Counted from the first letter of the stretch, positions 1-10,012 are shown. The stretch: DNA of 64,000 nucleotides from Candidatus Latescibacterota bacterium (GCA_965219995.1 CBDCOX010000002.1:2976001-3040000); one strand, 5' to 3'. Notes: generated by a model not told the origin, from the letters alone. Program-made: numbers and translations.

Positions 1-420
1 CTGGAGGTGTCACAACACCCTGAGAAGCGGGAATCGCAACGCGTGCTGGCCGAGGAGGTCACCACTCTGGTTCACGACAGCGCCGCCACCGGGCGCGCGC
101 ACAGGATTTCCGAGGCGTTGTTCTACGGTGATCTGCGCGATCTGAGTGCGAGAGAGATCGAGGAAGGGTTCAGCGACGTGCCGTCTCACGCGCTCAACGG
201 CGTGGTGGAAGCAGGTCTGGTCAAACTTCTGGTGGATGCGGGCATTTCATCTTCGATGCGCCAGGCCCGCGAAGACGTCAGGTCCGGCGCCGTATATCTC
301 AATGGACTGCGCTGCACCGATGTGGGCCGGACCCTCGCCCCTGACGACAGGCTCGCAGGCGGATACCTTATCGTACGACGTGGCAAACGCCGCTACTTTC
401 TCGTACGCTGGAACCTTTGA
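1..420 (+). CDS. tyrS: Tyrosyl-tRNA synthetase, C-terminal part (5' truncated by window edge)
   Basis: QRVLAEEVTTLVH helix and S4-like domain ending ...SSMRQAREDVRSGAVYLNG...IVRRGKRRYFLV. Confidence 0.9.
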   Translation: MEVSQHPEKRESQRVLAEEVTTLVHDSAATGRAHRISEALFYGDLRDLSAREIEEGFSDVPSHALNGVVEAGLVKLLVDAGISSSMRQAREDVRSGAVYLNGLRCTDVGRTLAPDDRLAGGYLIVRRGKRRYFLVRWNL

Positions 421-516
421 CGGGCGGTTTCGGGACCGCTCTTGTATATGGGTATAGTAATCAGGTTCAGGATATTCGGAACCCGGCAGGAAAAACAAAA
501 AGAGAGGATTCTTTCG

Positions 517-1494
517 ATGAAAGCACCGTGGATAACCTATCGGCCGGAACTGAAAGTACTCGATTGTACGATTCGTGACGGCGGATTGATGAACGACCAC
601 CAGTTCTCCGATGATTTCGTGAGGGCGGTTTATGAAACCTGCGTCGACGCGGGTGTCGACTATATGGAAATCGGTTACCGGAACTCCAAGGAGATGTTTC
701 CCAAAGACCAGTTCGGGGCTTTCCGACACAGCGACGAAGAAGATATCCGGAAGATTACAGGCGACCACGACCCGGAAACAACCGGCCTGAAGCTCGCCGT
801 TATGGCGGACGCGGGCAAGAGTGACTGGGCGGAAGACATCCTGCCGGCAAGCGACAGCGTCGTCAGTATGGTACGGGTCGCCTGTTACGTGGAGCAGATT
901 CCCGAGACCGTCGAAATGCTCTGCGACGCCCACGAAAAGGGATATGAGACCAGTTGCAATATTATGGCCGTCTCCACCGTGCAGGAGGTGGAGGTCGATC
1001 AGGCGCTGGAAGTCCTGATCGAGACGCCCGTCGGTACGATCTGCGTCGTTGACAGTTTTGGCGCATTGTACCGGGAGCAGGTGGATATGCTCATCCGGAA
1101 GTATATGGATGCCGTAAGCGGGACGGGGAAGGAAGTGGGTATTCACGCGCACAACAACCAGCAACTTGCATTTGCCAATACCATTGAAGCGCTCATACTC
1201 GGCGCAAACCGCGTGGATGCCACGGTGGACGGTCTTGGAAGGGGCGCGGGGAATTGCCCCCTGGAGCTGCTGCTGGGTTTCCTCCGCAATCCCAAATTCA
1301 AGATCCGGCCCGTCTACAAACTGCTGGAGGACCATTTTGTCAAATTGCGCGAAGAACTGACGTGGGGGCCTCTCGTTCCTTACAATATCACGGGGCAGCA
1401 CAATCAGCATCCACGCTCGGCAATGGCGCTGCTGGACGGGAAAGACCGCGATCGCTATCTGGCATTCTACGATCAGGTGATGAGGGACATCTGA
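517..1494 (+). CDS. DRE-TIM metallolyase (HMGL-like / 4-hydroxy-2-oxovalerate aldolase-like)
   Basis: LDCTIRDGG, VDSFG, GIHAHNN, GLGRGAGNCPLE motifs; ATG at 517 preceded by GAGG. Confidence 0.8.
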   Translation: MKAPWITYRPELKVLDCTIRDGGLMNDHQFSDDFVRAVYETCVDAGVDYMEIGYRNSKEMFPKDQFGAFRHSDEEDIRKITGDHDPETTGLKLAVMADAGKSDWAEDILPASDSVVSMVRVACYVEQIPETVEMLCDAHEKGYETSCNIMAVSTVQEVEVDQALEVLIETPVGTICVVDSFGALYREQVDMLIRKYMDAVSGTGKEVGIHAHNNQQLAFANTIEALILGANRVDATVDGLGRGAGNCPLELLLGFLRNPKFKIRPVYKLLEDHFVKLREELTWGPLVPYNITGQHNQHPRSAMALLDGKDRDRYLAFYDQVMRDI

Positions 1495-1592
1495 TCGGGT
1501 GGCCCCTGCGCCGGCAGCTGGAAAACGGACTGACGCCCGCCCCGGCGAGGGTTTGAACCCACGCTGGGACCCCATCTCTACAGGATAGAAAA

Positions 1593-2804
1593 ATGGCACT
1601 TCCGAGAGCAGATGAACCATCCGGCACATTGCCCGACTCCGGGGGGCATTTCGGTCCCTACGGCGGGCGATACGTGCCGGAGACGCTGATGCCGTTGCTG
1701 GAGGACCTGGAGGCGGCGTACCGGGATAGCAGGGACCGTCCGGATTTCGTGAGTGAGCTGAACGGGTATCTCAGGGAGTTTGTAGGAAGGCCGACGCCGC
1801 TCTACTTCGCGAAGCGCCTGACCGCGGAACTGGGCGGCGCCCGAATCTATCTGAAACGGGAGGACCTCGCGCACACCGGCGCGCACAAGATCAACAACAC
1901 GATGGGGCAGATACTGCTTGCCAGACGGATGGGCAAGACGCGGATCATCGCGGAAACCGGCGCGGGCCAGCACGGCGTGGCAACAGCAACCGTGGCTGCG
2001 ATGTTCGGAATGGACTGCGAGATTTACATGGGCACGGAAGACATGGAGCGGCAGGCGCTGAATGTGTTTCGGATGCGGCTCCTCGGCGCAAGGGTGACGG
2101 GAGTGGATTCGGGCAGCAGGACCCTGAAGGATGCGATTAACGAAGCCATCCGCGATTGGGTGACGAACGTGGACGATACGTTCTACATTTTCGGATCCGT
2201 CCTGGGACCTCATCCGTATCCGATGATCGTTCGTGATTTTCAGCGCGTCATCGGAGTGGAGGCTCGAGAGCAGATCCTGCGGGCCGAGGGCCGGCTGCCG
2301 GAATGTCTTATCGCGTGCGTCGGCGGCGGCAGCAATTCCATCGGTCTGTTTCACGCATTTCTCGAGGACGCGGACGTACGGATGATCGGTGTCGAAGCGG
2401 GCGGGCATGGAATTGCCTCGGGCGATCACGCGGCGCGCTTTCAGGCTGGGGATCTGGGCGTGCTGCACGGGGCCAGGATATACCTCCTGCAGGACGAGGA
2501 CGGGCAGATCGCGCTGACCCATTCCGTTTCCGCCGGTCTGGACTATTCCGGAGTCGGTCCTGAACACTGCCATCTGCGAGACGCGGGACGGATCGAATAC
2601 GCGTACGCAACCGACGACGAGGCACTGAAGGCCTTTCAGCTGCTGAGCCGTACGGAGGGGATCATCCCCGCCCTGGAAAGCGCGCATGCGATCGCGTACG
2701 TGACAAGAGCCGCGCCTGAAATGGGCAGGGATGCCGTTGTCGTCGCGAATCTTTCAGGGAGGGGCGACAAAGACGTGCAGCAGGCGGCGAAGTTCCTCGA
2801 CTGA
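1593..2804 (+). CDS. trpB: Tryptophan synthase beta chain
   Basis: [28 protein letters not shown] (PLP Lys), [15 protein letters not shown]. Confidence 0.98.
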   Translation: MALPRADEPSGTLPDSGGHFGPYGGRYVPETLMPLLEDLEAAYRDSRDRPDFVSELNGYLREFVGRPTPLYFAKRLTAELGGARIYLKREDLAHTGAHKINNTMGQILLARRMGKTRIIAETGAGQHGVATATVAAMFGMDCEIYMGTEDMERQALNVFRMRLLGARVTGVDSGSRTLKDAINEAIRDWVTNVDDTFYIFGSVLGPHPYPMIVRDFQRVIGVEAREQILRAEGRLPECLIACVGGGSNSIGLFHAFLEDADVRMIGVEAGGHGIASGDHAARFQAGDLGVLHGARIYLLQDEDGQIALTHSVSAGLDYSGVGPEHCHLRDAGRIEYAYATDDEALKAFQLLSRTEGIIPALESAHAIAYVTRAAPEMGRDAVVVANLSGRGDKDVQQAAKFLD

Positions 2805-2857
2805 GTGGAATCGTACCGCTCGTTCCAGGGCTGGAATCGACACACGGGATTGTTCGG

Positions 2858-3670
2858 ATGACAAGAATCGGAAAGCGGTTCGCATGGTTGAAGAAGACGC
2901 GAAGGACCGGATTCGTCGCATATATCACCGCGGGAGATCCGGACCTGGCAACCACCCGTAAACTGGCGCCGGAGCTTGAACGGCGCGGGGTGGACATTCT
3001 CGAGCTGGGTGTGCCTTTCTCCGATCCGCTCGCGGACGGACCGGAGATCCAGCGGGCGTCACAGCGGGCCCTGCGGCATCGGGTGTCGATCGGCGACGTG
3101 CTGGATCTGGTGTCGGACCTGCGGCGCGAGACGGAAATACCCATTGTGCTCTTTACGTATTTCAATCCTATGCATCGGTTCGGTCTTGAACGGCTCGTCG
3201 ACAGGGCGGCCGAAGCGGGGGTAGACGGCATTCTTGCGCTGGATCTTCCGCCCGAAGAAGCGGCCGAGTACAAGCGTCTGATGGGTAAACGGGGATTGGA
3301 CACGGTTTTTCTGATCGCGCCGACGAGCCGCGAGGATCGCATCCGTCGGATCGCTTCATCTACCAGCGGCTTTGTGTATTACGTGTCGCGCACGGGCGTT
3401 ACGGGGGAGCGGGACAGCCTGGAGGAGACACTCGGCGCAAGGGTGGCGACCATCAGACGACATACCTCGCTGCCGGTTGCGGTGGGATTCGGTATTTCAA
3501 CCCCCGAACAGTCCAGGGAGGTTGCGGGATACGCGGATGCCGTGGTCGTCGGCAGCGCAATCGTCCGACGAATCGCCGAGCGGCAGACGGACCCGGACCT
3601 CGTTCCCCACATCGGGGCATTCGTGGAAGAACTGGTGCAACCCCTGAAGGGAGCATCCAATGGACCTTGA
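2858..3670 (+). CDS. trpA: Tryptophan synthase alpha chain
   Basis: YITAGDP, ELGVPFSDPLADGPEIQ, VSRTGVTG, VGFGIS, VVVGSA. Confidence 0.98.
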   Translation: MTRIGKRFAWLKKTRRTGFVAYITAGDPDLATTRKLAPELERRGVDILELGVPFSDPLADGPEIQRASQRALRHRVSIGDVLDLVSDLRRETEIPIVLFTYFNPMHRFGLERLVDRAAEAGVDGILALDLPPEEAAEYKRLMGKRGLDTVFLIAPTSREDRIRRIASSTSGFVYYVSRTGVTGERDSLEETLGARVATIRRHTSLPVAVGFGISTPEQSREVAGYADAVVVGSAIVRRIAERQTDPDLVPHIGAFVEELVQPLKGASNGP

Positions 3671-3953
3671 AGACTGGCGGAAGGAAATCGACGCCCTGGA
3701 TCGACAGCTCCTGGCGCTACTGAAACGACGCGCCGAATGTGCGCTTCAAATCGGCATGATCAAACAGACGATCGAACAGCCGATCTACGCGCCGGAACGC
3801 GAGACATCGATCCTCAACCGAATTCGCGAACTGAACGCCGGACCCCTGACCGACGAAGCGGTGCAACGAATATTTCAGCAGATTATCGATGAGTCCAGGC
3901 GGCTCGAACAGGAGCACGGCGAACGGCAGTCCGGAGACGTGAAACATCCCTGA
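3660..3953 (+). CDS. Chorismate mutase (AroQ/CM_2, standalone)
   Basis: LEDWRKEIDALDRQLLALLKRR...IGMIK...YAPERE; overlaps trpA stop. Confidence 0.9.
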   Translation: MDLEDWRKEIDALDRQLLALLKRRAECALQIGMIKQTIEQPIYAPERETSILNRIRELNAGPLTDEAVQRIFQQIIDESRRLEQEHGERQSGDVKHP

Positions 3954-3967
3954 TTCATCAATGGAGC

Positions 3968-5005
3968 ATGCAGCGCATGGCGTTTACGAAAAACATGAAG
4001 ATTCCCACACCGGAAGCCGTGCTGGAGGAAATGCCGCTTCCGAAGAAACTGAAGGACGTAAAGGAGCAGCGGGATGCGGAGATCAGGGACATCTTCGCGC
4101 GCAGGAGCCGTAAATTTCTGCTGGTGATCGGCCCCTGTTCAGCGCACGATGAAGATGCAGTGTGCGAATACGTTTCCAGGCTGGCGAAACTGCAGGAGGC
4201 CGTCCGTGAAACGCTGGTTCTGGTGCCTCGCATCTATACCAACAAACCCCGCACGACCGGCGAGGGGTACAAGGGCATGGGGCATCAGCCGGACCCCCGA
4301 AAGGCGCCGGACCTGTCCGAAGGCATCTACGCGGTTCGTCAGATGCACATCCGCGCAGCCGAGGAGTCCCACCTGACGGCGGCCGACGAAATGCTGTATC
4401 CGGGCAATCTGCCTTATGTCGAGGACTTGCTGAGCTATATAGCCGTGGGTGCGCGGTCGGTGGAAAACCAACAGCACCGATTGACCTGCAGCGGCGTCGA
4501 CGTGCCCGTTGGAATGAAGAACCCGACGGCGGGCGATCTGTCTGTGATGTTGAATGCGATTCAGGCCTCTCAGATCCCACACGTCTTCATCTATAACGGA
4601 TGGGAAGTCAGCACCAGCGGCAATTCCCTGACACACGCCGTGCTTCGCGGCGCCGTGGACGTTAACGGGCGCAGTATGCCGAACTATCATTTCGAAGACC
4701 TGATGTACGCGGCGGCACTCTATGGTCAACGGCAGCTTGCCAACCCCACGATCGTCGTGGATACGAATCACAACAATTCCGGCAAGCAGTTCAGTGAACA
4801 ACCCAGGATCGGATTGGATGTGATCCGCAGCCGACGGAATTCAACAATACTGTGCGAAATGATCCGCGGGTTGATGGTTGAGAGCTATCTGGAAGAAGGC
4901 TCCCAGAACGTCAATGAAGGCGTGTTCGGCAGATCCATTACCGATCCGTGCCTGGGGTGGGAAGATACCGAGGCGTTCGTTAAGGAACTGGCGGAGGGGA
5001 TATGA
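3968..5005 (+). CDS. DAHP synthase, class I-alpha (start uncertain among several Met)
   Basis: IGPCSAHD, KPRTT, VGARSVENQQHR, VGMKNP, SITDPCLGWE. Confidence 0.95.
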   Translation: MQRMAFTKNMKIPTPEAVLEEMPLPKKLKDVKEQRDAEIRDIFARRSRKFLLVIGPCSAHDEDAVCEYVSRLAKLQEAVRETLVLVPRIYTNKPRTTGEGYKGMGHQPDPRKAPDLSEGIYAVRQMHIRAAEESHLTAADEMLYPGNLPYVEDLLSYIAVGARSVENQQHRLTCSGVDVPVGMKNPTAGDLSVMLNAIQASQIPHVFIYNGWEVSTSGNSLTHAVLRGAVDVNGRSMPNYHFEDLMYAAALYGQRQLANPTIVVDTNHNNSGKQFSEQPRIGLDVIRSRRNSTILCEMIRGLMVESYLEEGSQNVNEGVFGRSITDPCLGWEDTEAFVKELAEGI

Positions 5006-5083
5006 TAGCGAACGGGATCGGAAGACAGGAACGGAGCCGGACGTTCCGCAGGCGCCCCGGCCGCCGTTTCCGGGGATAACCGC

Positions 5084-6196
5084 ATGGCCAACGATCCTCC
5101 GTTTGCACGTGAGACCATTGCGATTGTGGGTGTCGGGCTGATTGGCGGTTCTCTTGGCGTGGGGTTCAAGAGTCTGGGCATCGGACGACGCATCGTCGGC
5201 ATCGGCAGGCGTGAGACGCTGGATGCGGCACGCAATCTGAACGTCATCGACGCGGGCTATCCTTACGAGGAACTCGCCGCCGGTATTCGCGAAGCGGCGC
5301 TCGTTTTCCTGTGCACCCCCATTGTACGTATTCTCGACCTGCTGCCGGAGGTGCTGGCGGCGGCGCGCCAGAATGCGGTCGTGACCGACGTTGGCAGCAC
5401 CAAGCACGCGGTTGTTTCCGCCGCGGCGGCCCATCGACGGGGCGGCGTGCATTTCGTGGGCGGGCACCCGATGGCGGGTTCCGAGCACCGCGGGGTTGGC
5501 GCGGCGGATCCGTTCCTGTTTCAGAATGCGATCTACGTACTGACACCCTCGCCGGACACGCCCGATTTCGTGGTCGATAAGCTCTCACGCCTCGTCAGGA
5601 CGCTCGGGGCGAGACCGATGAGGATGACGCCACGGGAACACGACCGGGCGGCGGCGGCGGTAAGTCACCTGCCGCAGATGATGGCCACAAGCCTCGTATC
5701 CATGATCGGACGGATGACCGAAGCCGAAGGGCTGCCGATCCGGATGGCGGCGGGCGGGTTTCGGGATCTCACGCGCATTGCTTCCAGCCCGTATGAGATG
5801 TGGCGGGATATCTGCCGAACAAACGCGTCCCAGATCCGTGAGATGATCGATCGGTATATCGAGTCGCTGGCGGCGCTTCGCGGGGCCGTGGACGGAGAAC
5901 GGCTGGAGCAGTCGTTTGCCTTTGCGAACCGGGTACGCGGTCAGATCCCGAAGGACTCCAAGGGGTTCTTGCATCCGCTGCACGAAATACTCCTGGTGGC
6001 GGAAGACAGGCCCGGCGTGATCGCCGACGTCGCCCGGACGCTGGCCGCGGCGAGAATCAACATCAACGACATCGAGGTGTTGAACGTCCGTGAGGGAGAA
6101 GGGGGCACCATCCGGATGGGTTTCGATTCGCGTCCATGCGCGGAACGGGCCGTGGACTTGCTGGGGAAGGCGGGATACAGCGTCAGATTGAGGTAA
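5084..6196 (+). CDS. tyrA: Prephenate/arogenate dehydrogenase with C-terminal ACT domain
   Basis: GVGLIGGS Rossmann motif, DVGSTK, GGHPMAGSE, SHLP, GFRDLTRIA; ACT motif EDRPGVIA. Confidence 0.95.
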   Translation: MANDPPFARETIAIVGVGLIGGSLGVGFKSLGIGRRIVGIGRRETLDAARNLNVIDAGYPYEELAAGIREAALVFLCTPIVRILDLLPEVLAAARQNAVVTDVGSTKHAVVSAAAAHRRGGVHFVGGHPMAGSEHRGVGAADPFLFQNAIYVLTPSPDTPDFVVDKLSRLVRTLGARPMRMTPREHDRAAAAVSHLPQMMATSLVSMIGRMTEAEGLPIRMAAGGFRDLTRIASSPYEMWRDICRTNASQIREMIDRYIESLAALRGAVDGERLEQSFAFANRVRGQIPKDSKGFLHPLHEILLVAEDRPGVIADVARTLAAARININDIEVLNVREGEGGTIRMGFDSRPCAERAVDLLGKAGYSVRLR

Positions 6197-6277
6197 ATGG
6201 ATGCATCCGGAACGGGAGACGATCGAGCGGAATCCATGTCCGTCCTGTAATGAATCCATTTTGAAAGTGGGGCGGTT

Positions 6278-7585
6278 TTGGAATTCACGGCCTTATTGAT
6301 TGCCGAAGGCGCGATCACGCCTTCATCCGGGCTGGTGGGGACGTGCGACCTCCCCGGCGATGCCGACGTGTCGATCATGGCCCTGGCGCTATCGTCCAAG
6401 GCCGATGGCGTCTCCCGGATTCACCGGTGTTCGCGAAAACCCGACGTCGAGCGTGCTGCGGGATTGCTGACGGCGCTTGGGATTTCGGTTGCGTGGGACG
6501 CCGAGACCGCGACGGTGACCGGCGGCCGCGTCCGGGCGCCCGCCGACGTACTGCATGTGGGTGGGTCCCTGGTTCTGTTCTCCTGTCTGGCGGGATTGCT
6601 GTCAAATGCGCCGTTTGTCACCAGACTGTCCGGGGCTTCGGCGGACGCCGGCGTCGACCGGTTATTCGAGGCGCTCCGCAGCCTGGGCGCCACCCCGGAG
6701 ATATCCCACGAGGACGGGATATCGGCGAGTGTCGGATTGGACAGGTTAACACCCGGATCCTACCGCGCGGGGCTTCCCGAACCGGCGGTGAAGTGCGGCA
6801 TGTTGATGGCCGGTGTAGGTGTGGACGGAATCGTCGAACTGGTGCAGGACAGCGGCGGAGATGACGATCTGGAAGTGTTGCTGCAAGCAGCGGGATGCGG
6901 TCTGAAAAAGGGGCGGATAAAGGGCGCCAGAGGTCGTCGGCTGACGTTGGAAGGCCCCGCACGGCTCCGCGGCGTGACTCACGTGTTGCCGGGCGGTTCG
7001 GATGCAGCGCTTGTTCTTTCGCTCGCGGCGGCGATGTTGAGCCGCTCCGAATTGACGGTAACTCATTTCGGACTGGATTCGAAGAGCCGCAGCATCGTGG
7101 ACCTGCTGCGCCGAATGAACGTGTCAATGGATATGGAGCAAACCCGGACTGAGTCCGGCTTTCCCGTACGACGCGTCCGGATCTGGTCGTCGGACTTGCG
7201 TGGCATAAAGATCGCCGGCGCGGCTGCCGGGCGCCTTTTGGACGAGCTCCCCATCCTGGCGGCCGCGGGCGCGGTTTCCAGGGGCGAAACGATCATTCGG
7301 AATGCCGAGGCATTGAGGGACGGCGAGGTAGACTGCATTTCAGTACTGGTGGAAAACCTGAGAAAGATGCAGGTTCAGGTCGGGGAGATGCCGGACGGAC
7401 TGGTTGTAAAGGGCGGTCAACCGCAGGGCGCCGAACTGGATGCCGCCGGCGACGCCCGCGTGACATTGGCGCTCACACTGGCTGCGCTTGCGAGCGAAGG
7501 GGAGACCCGTCTGAAGAACCCCGGCCCGGTGGACCGGATGTATCCCGGGATCATGGATAGATTGGCTTCGGTTTTGGACCGATAG
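6278..7585 (+). CDS. EPSP synthase (AroA)-fold protein with degenerate active site; probable pseudoenzyme
   Basis: Collinear with class II AroA over 435 aa (LPGD, LDELPIL, GET.I..AE.LR, DGLVV.G, GD.R, YP), but the KSISHR, GNSGT, RP, SAQ, RDH, KE.NR and DHR residues are replaced. Confidence 0.85.
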   Translation: MEFTALLIAEGAITPSSGLVGTCDLPGDADVSIMALALSSKADGVSRIHRCSRKPDVERAAGLLTALGISVAWDAETATVTGGRVRAPADVLHVGGSLVLFSCLAGLLSNAPFVTRLSGASADAGVDRLFEALRSLGATPEISHEDGISASVGLDRLTPGSYRAGLPEPAVKCGMLMAGVGVDGIVELVQDSGGDDDLEVLLQAAGCGLKKGRIKGARGRRLTLEGPARLRGVTHVLPGGSDAALVLSLAAAMLSRSELTVTHFGLDSKSRSIVDLLRRMNVSMDMEQTRTESGFPVRRVRIWSSDLRGIKIAGAAAGRLLDELPILAAAGAVSRGETIIRNAEALRDGEVDCISVLVENLRKMQVQVGEMPDGLVVKGGQPQGAELDAAGDARVTLALTLAALASEGETRLKNPGPVDRMYPGIMDRLASVLDR

Positions 7586-7669
7586 GCCGCGCAGGTCGTT
7601 CAAATGCCCGCCATGGATCGTCGCGGCACGATACGGTGTGGGTTAATCATCTGTACGAGGAGACTCCTT

Positions 7670-7810
7670 ATGAGACTGGTTGTCAGGTTGTTCCTCTTGG
7701 CGTTGCTCGTGTTTATGGGTGGTGTTGTTTTCATTCGGTACACCTACAAATGTTCCTGGAAAGAGAGTTTCGCAATTGCCGACCAGTTTGTGTCTGACCT
7801 GACCAGTTGA
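7670..7810 (+). CDS. Small (46 aa) single-pass membrane protein
   Basis: GAGGAG RBS before ATG at 7670; hydrophobic LFLLALLVFMGGVVFI. Confidence 0.6.
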   Translation: MRLVVRLFLLALLVFMGGVVFIRYTYKCSWKESFAIADQFVSDLTS

Positions 7811-7876
7811 ACGAGTGTCAGGACTTCGGCTGGCGGGACGCAGCCACAATAGAGTCCAAGTTTTGCGGGGCCCGTT

Positions 7877-8743
7877 TTGGGTATTGTCTCAACCACGCGG
7901 CTGCTGGGAGTGATTGGCGACCCGATTGCCCATTCGCTATCGCCGGACATGCACAATGCGGCCATCAGCGCTCTCGAAATGGACTACTGTTACGTGGCAT
8001 TCCACGTTTTGCCGGACGGGGTTGAACCGGCGCTCCGGGGAATGCGTGCATTGCAGATCCGGGGATTGAACGTAACCCTTCCCCACAAGACCGCGGTGAT
8101 TGGGCACCTCGATCAGACTTCGGAAGAAGCACTGGCCGTAGGTGCGGTGAATACGATCTCTTTCGAGGAGGGCGATCTCGTCGGCCACAATACCGATGTG
8201 TACGGGCTGGCCACCGCGCTGGAGCGGACGGCGGGCCTCGCGGTATTGCCGGAGCACTGCGTGATTCTCGGCGCGGGCGGCGTCGCGAGGGCCGCCGTTT
8301 ACGCGCTGGCAACGAATGACGACGTGCGCCGCGTGAGCATACTCAATCGGACCGTTGCCCGGGCGGAAGCGCTTGCGCATGACATGGAAAGGATCACGGG
8401 TAAGACGATAGACGCAGGCGACCTGACGGCAGACACCCAGTTGAGCGTGTTCGCGGATGCCGGCCTGGTTGTAAACGGGACGTCGCTGGGGATGGTTCCG
8501 GACGTGGAGCGGACGCCGCTGGCCGACACCTCTGCGATTCACTCTGAACTCGTTCTGTACGATACGGTTTTCAACCCGCTCGATACGCTGCTGATGCGGC
8601 AGTTCCGGTCCGCGGGCGCGCCGGCGTTTGGAGGACTTGACATGCTCGTGCACCAGGGTGCGCGTTCGTTTGCCATCTGGACGGGTGTCGAACCGCCCGT
8701 CGACGTCATGAAACAGGCGATTATCGGACGGTTTCGGGCATAG
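7877..8743 (+). CDS. aroE: Shikimate dehydrogenase
   Basis: GDPIAHSLSP.MHN, GLNVTLPHK, GAVNT, GHNTD, LGAGG, NRT, MLVHQG. Confidence 0.97.
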   Translation: MGIVSTTRLLGVIGDPIAHSLSPDMHNAAISALEMDYCYVAFHVLPDGVEPALRGMRALQIRGLNVTLPHKTAVIGHLDQTSEEALAVGAVNTISFEEGDLVGHNTDVYGLATALERTAGLAVLPEHCVILGAGGVARAAVYALATNDDVRRVSILNRTVARAEALAHDMERITGKTIDAGDLTADTQLSVFADAGLVVNGTSLGMVPDVERTPLADTSAIHSELVLYDTVFNPLDTLLMRQFRSAGAPAFGGLDMLVHQGARSFAIWTGVEPPVDVMKQAIIGRFRA

Positions 8744-8745
8744 CG

Positions 8746-9471
8746 GTGGCGAGTTCCCATCTTCAGGAACGCAATGCCAGGCGGACATTCGTGCGTCAGA
8801 TGTTCGACGGCATCGCCGGCACGTACGATCTGCTGAACCACCTGTTGAGCGCCGGCGTGGATATTCTCTGGCGGCGATGGACCATCGACGCCCTCGAATT
8901 GAAAGCCGGCTGGTGGATCCTGGACCTTGCAACCGGAACGGGCGATCTGGGTCTCGAAGCGGCTGCCCGCGATTCGGGGGTGCGGGTTGTGGGTGCGGAC
9001 CTTTCCCGGCCGATGCTGCGGCTGGGAACCAGGAAAAAGGAGAAAAGACCCGGCCAGCTCTTTTTTCTGTGTGGAGACGCGGAGCGGCTTCCGTTCCCCG
9101 ATGCGCGGTTTCAGGCCCTGACCATTGGTTTCGGGGTACGGAACTTTTCGGACCTGGCGACTGGATTGCGGGAAATGCACCGGGTCCTCCGCCCCGGCGG
9201 CCGGCTGGCAATTCTGGAATTCTCCCGGCCCAGAGCGTTTCTTCTGCGCAGGGTCTACTTCTTTTATTTCAAATGCATCCTGCCCGGGATCGGCCGGCTT
9301 GTATCCCGGAATCCCCGGGCATATCGGTACCTTTACGAATCTGTAATGGGTTTTCCTGAAGGGGACGCATTCCTGAGACGTCTGGCGCGGGCCGGTTTTG
9401 TGGAACCTGAGGAACGCCGGTTCTCCTTTGGCATCGCCACACTCTACATGGCAAGGAAGAATGAAGAATGA
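8746..9471 (+). CDS. menG: Demethylmenaquinone methyltransferase (UbiE/MenG)
   Basis: MFDGIAGTYDLLNHLLSAG, LDLATGTGD, GDAERLPF, FGVRN, AYRYLYES. Confidence 0.93.
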   Translation: MASSHLQERNARRTFVRQMFDGIAGTYDLLNHLLSAGVDILWRRWTIDALELKAGWWILDLATGTGDLGLEAAARDSGVRVVGADLSRPMLRLGTRKKEKRPGQLFFLCGDAERLPFPDARFQALTIGFGVRNFSDLATGLREMHRVLRPGGRLAILEFSRPRAFLLRRVYFFYFKCILPGIGRLVSRNPRAYRYLYESVMGFPEGDAFLRRLARAGFVEPEERRFSFGIATLYMARKNEE

Positions 9472-9763
9472 AGAAGGAGGAATGGTTGGGTCCTCCTGAG
9501 GTTTATCCATAAGTATTCTGAAAGGTGACCTGCCGGCGGACGAACATCTGACAGCCAATCGCTGTCCTCGTCATTCAGACGCCAATCGGTCTACAATAGT
9601 ATTTCCTGATCGGAGGTCTCCCAGAGCAGAGCGCGCTGATCAGTCCAGCAACGCGGATTGTTGTTCTTCCGAGGATGTCAGGGCAGAGGATCCTGTGCAT
9701 CCTGTGAGGGGATTCGCGCGGTGCATATGGCAGGCCCCGCGCCCAGCGGCGACTATTCTAGAT

Positions 9764-9915
9764 GCGGTAAGAGGGTAGCCGTGAGACGGTAGAGGATAGC
9801 GTTACCACAGTGTTTTCACGCTAACCGTGCCTGTTTCCCTACCGTTATCGTAACAACAAGAAATACGACAAGGCACTGAAACCATCTCCCGTCTCCCGTC
9901 TTACGTCTCCCCGCC
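9764..9915. repeat. Family A palindromic intergenic element (heptamer arms plus core 1)
   Basis: Left arm gcggtaagagggtagccgtgagacggtagagga and right arm catctcccgtctcccgtcttacgtctccccgcc; the ~85 bp core is nearly identical to the core at 58637-58720. Confidence 0.85.
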
Positions 9916-9977
9916 TTTAGGGAATTTGGGGAGATGTGGACATTGAATTTGAACTTGATCTTCGTCTCTTGCTTCAA

Positions 9978-10012
9978 GCTGACTGCTGATTGCTGACCGC
10001 TGATAGCTGTTT
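9978..10012. repeat. Heptamer tandem repeat (GCTGAYN)x4-5
   Basis: gctgact gctgatt gctgacc gctgata gctgttt; same unit at 34504-34524. Confidence 0.8.

Noticed and set aside
247-1629. Long opposite-strand ORFs (also 11672-13375, 18308-19717, 29819-31618, 48370-49959, 58721-59932, 61459-62730)
   Set aside because: Antisense shadows of well-supported genes in high-GC DNA; no recognisable motifs
6278-7585. Calling the aroA-like gene MurA or a pseudogene
   Set aside because: It lacks the MurA KN and Cys-loop motifs, is collinear with class II AroA, and the ORF is intact
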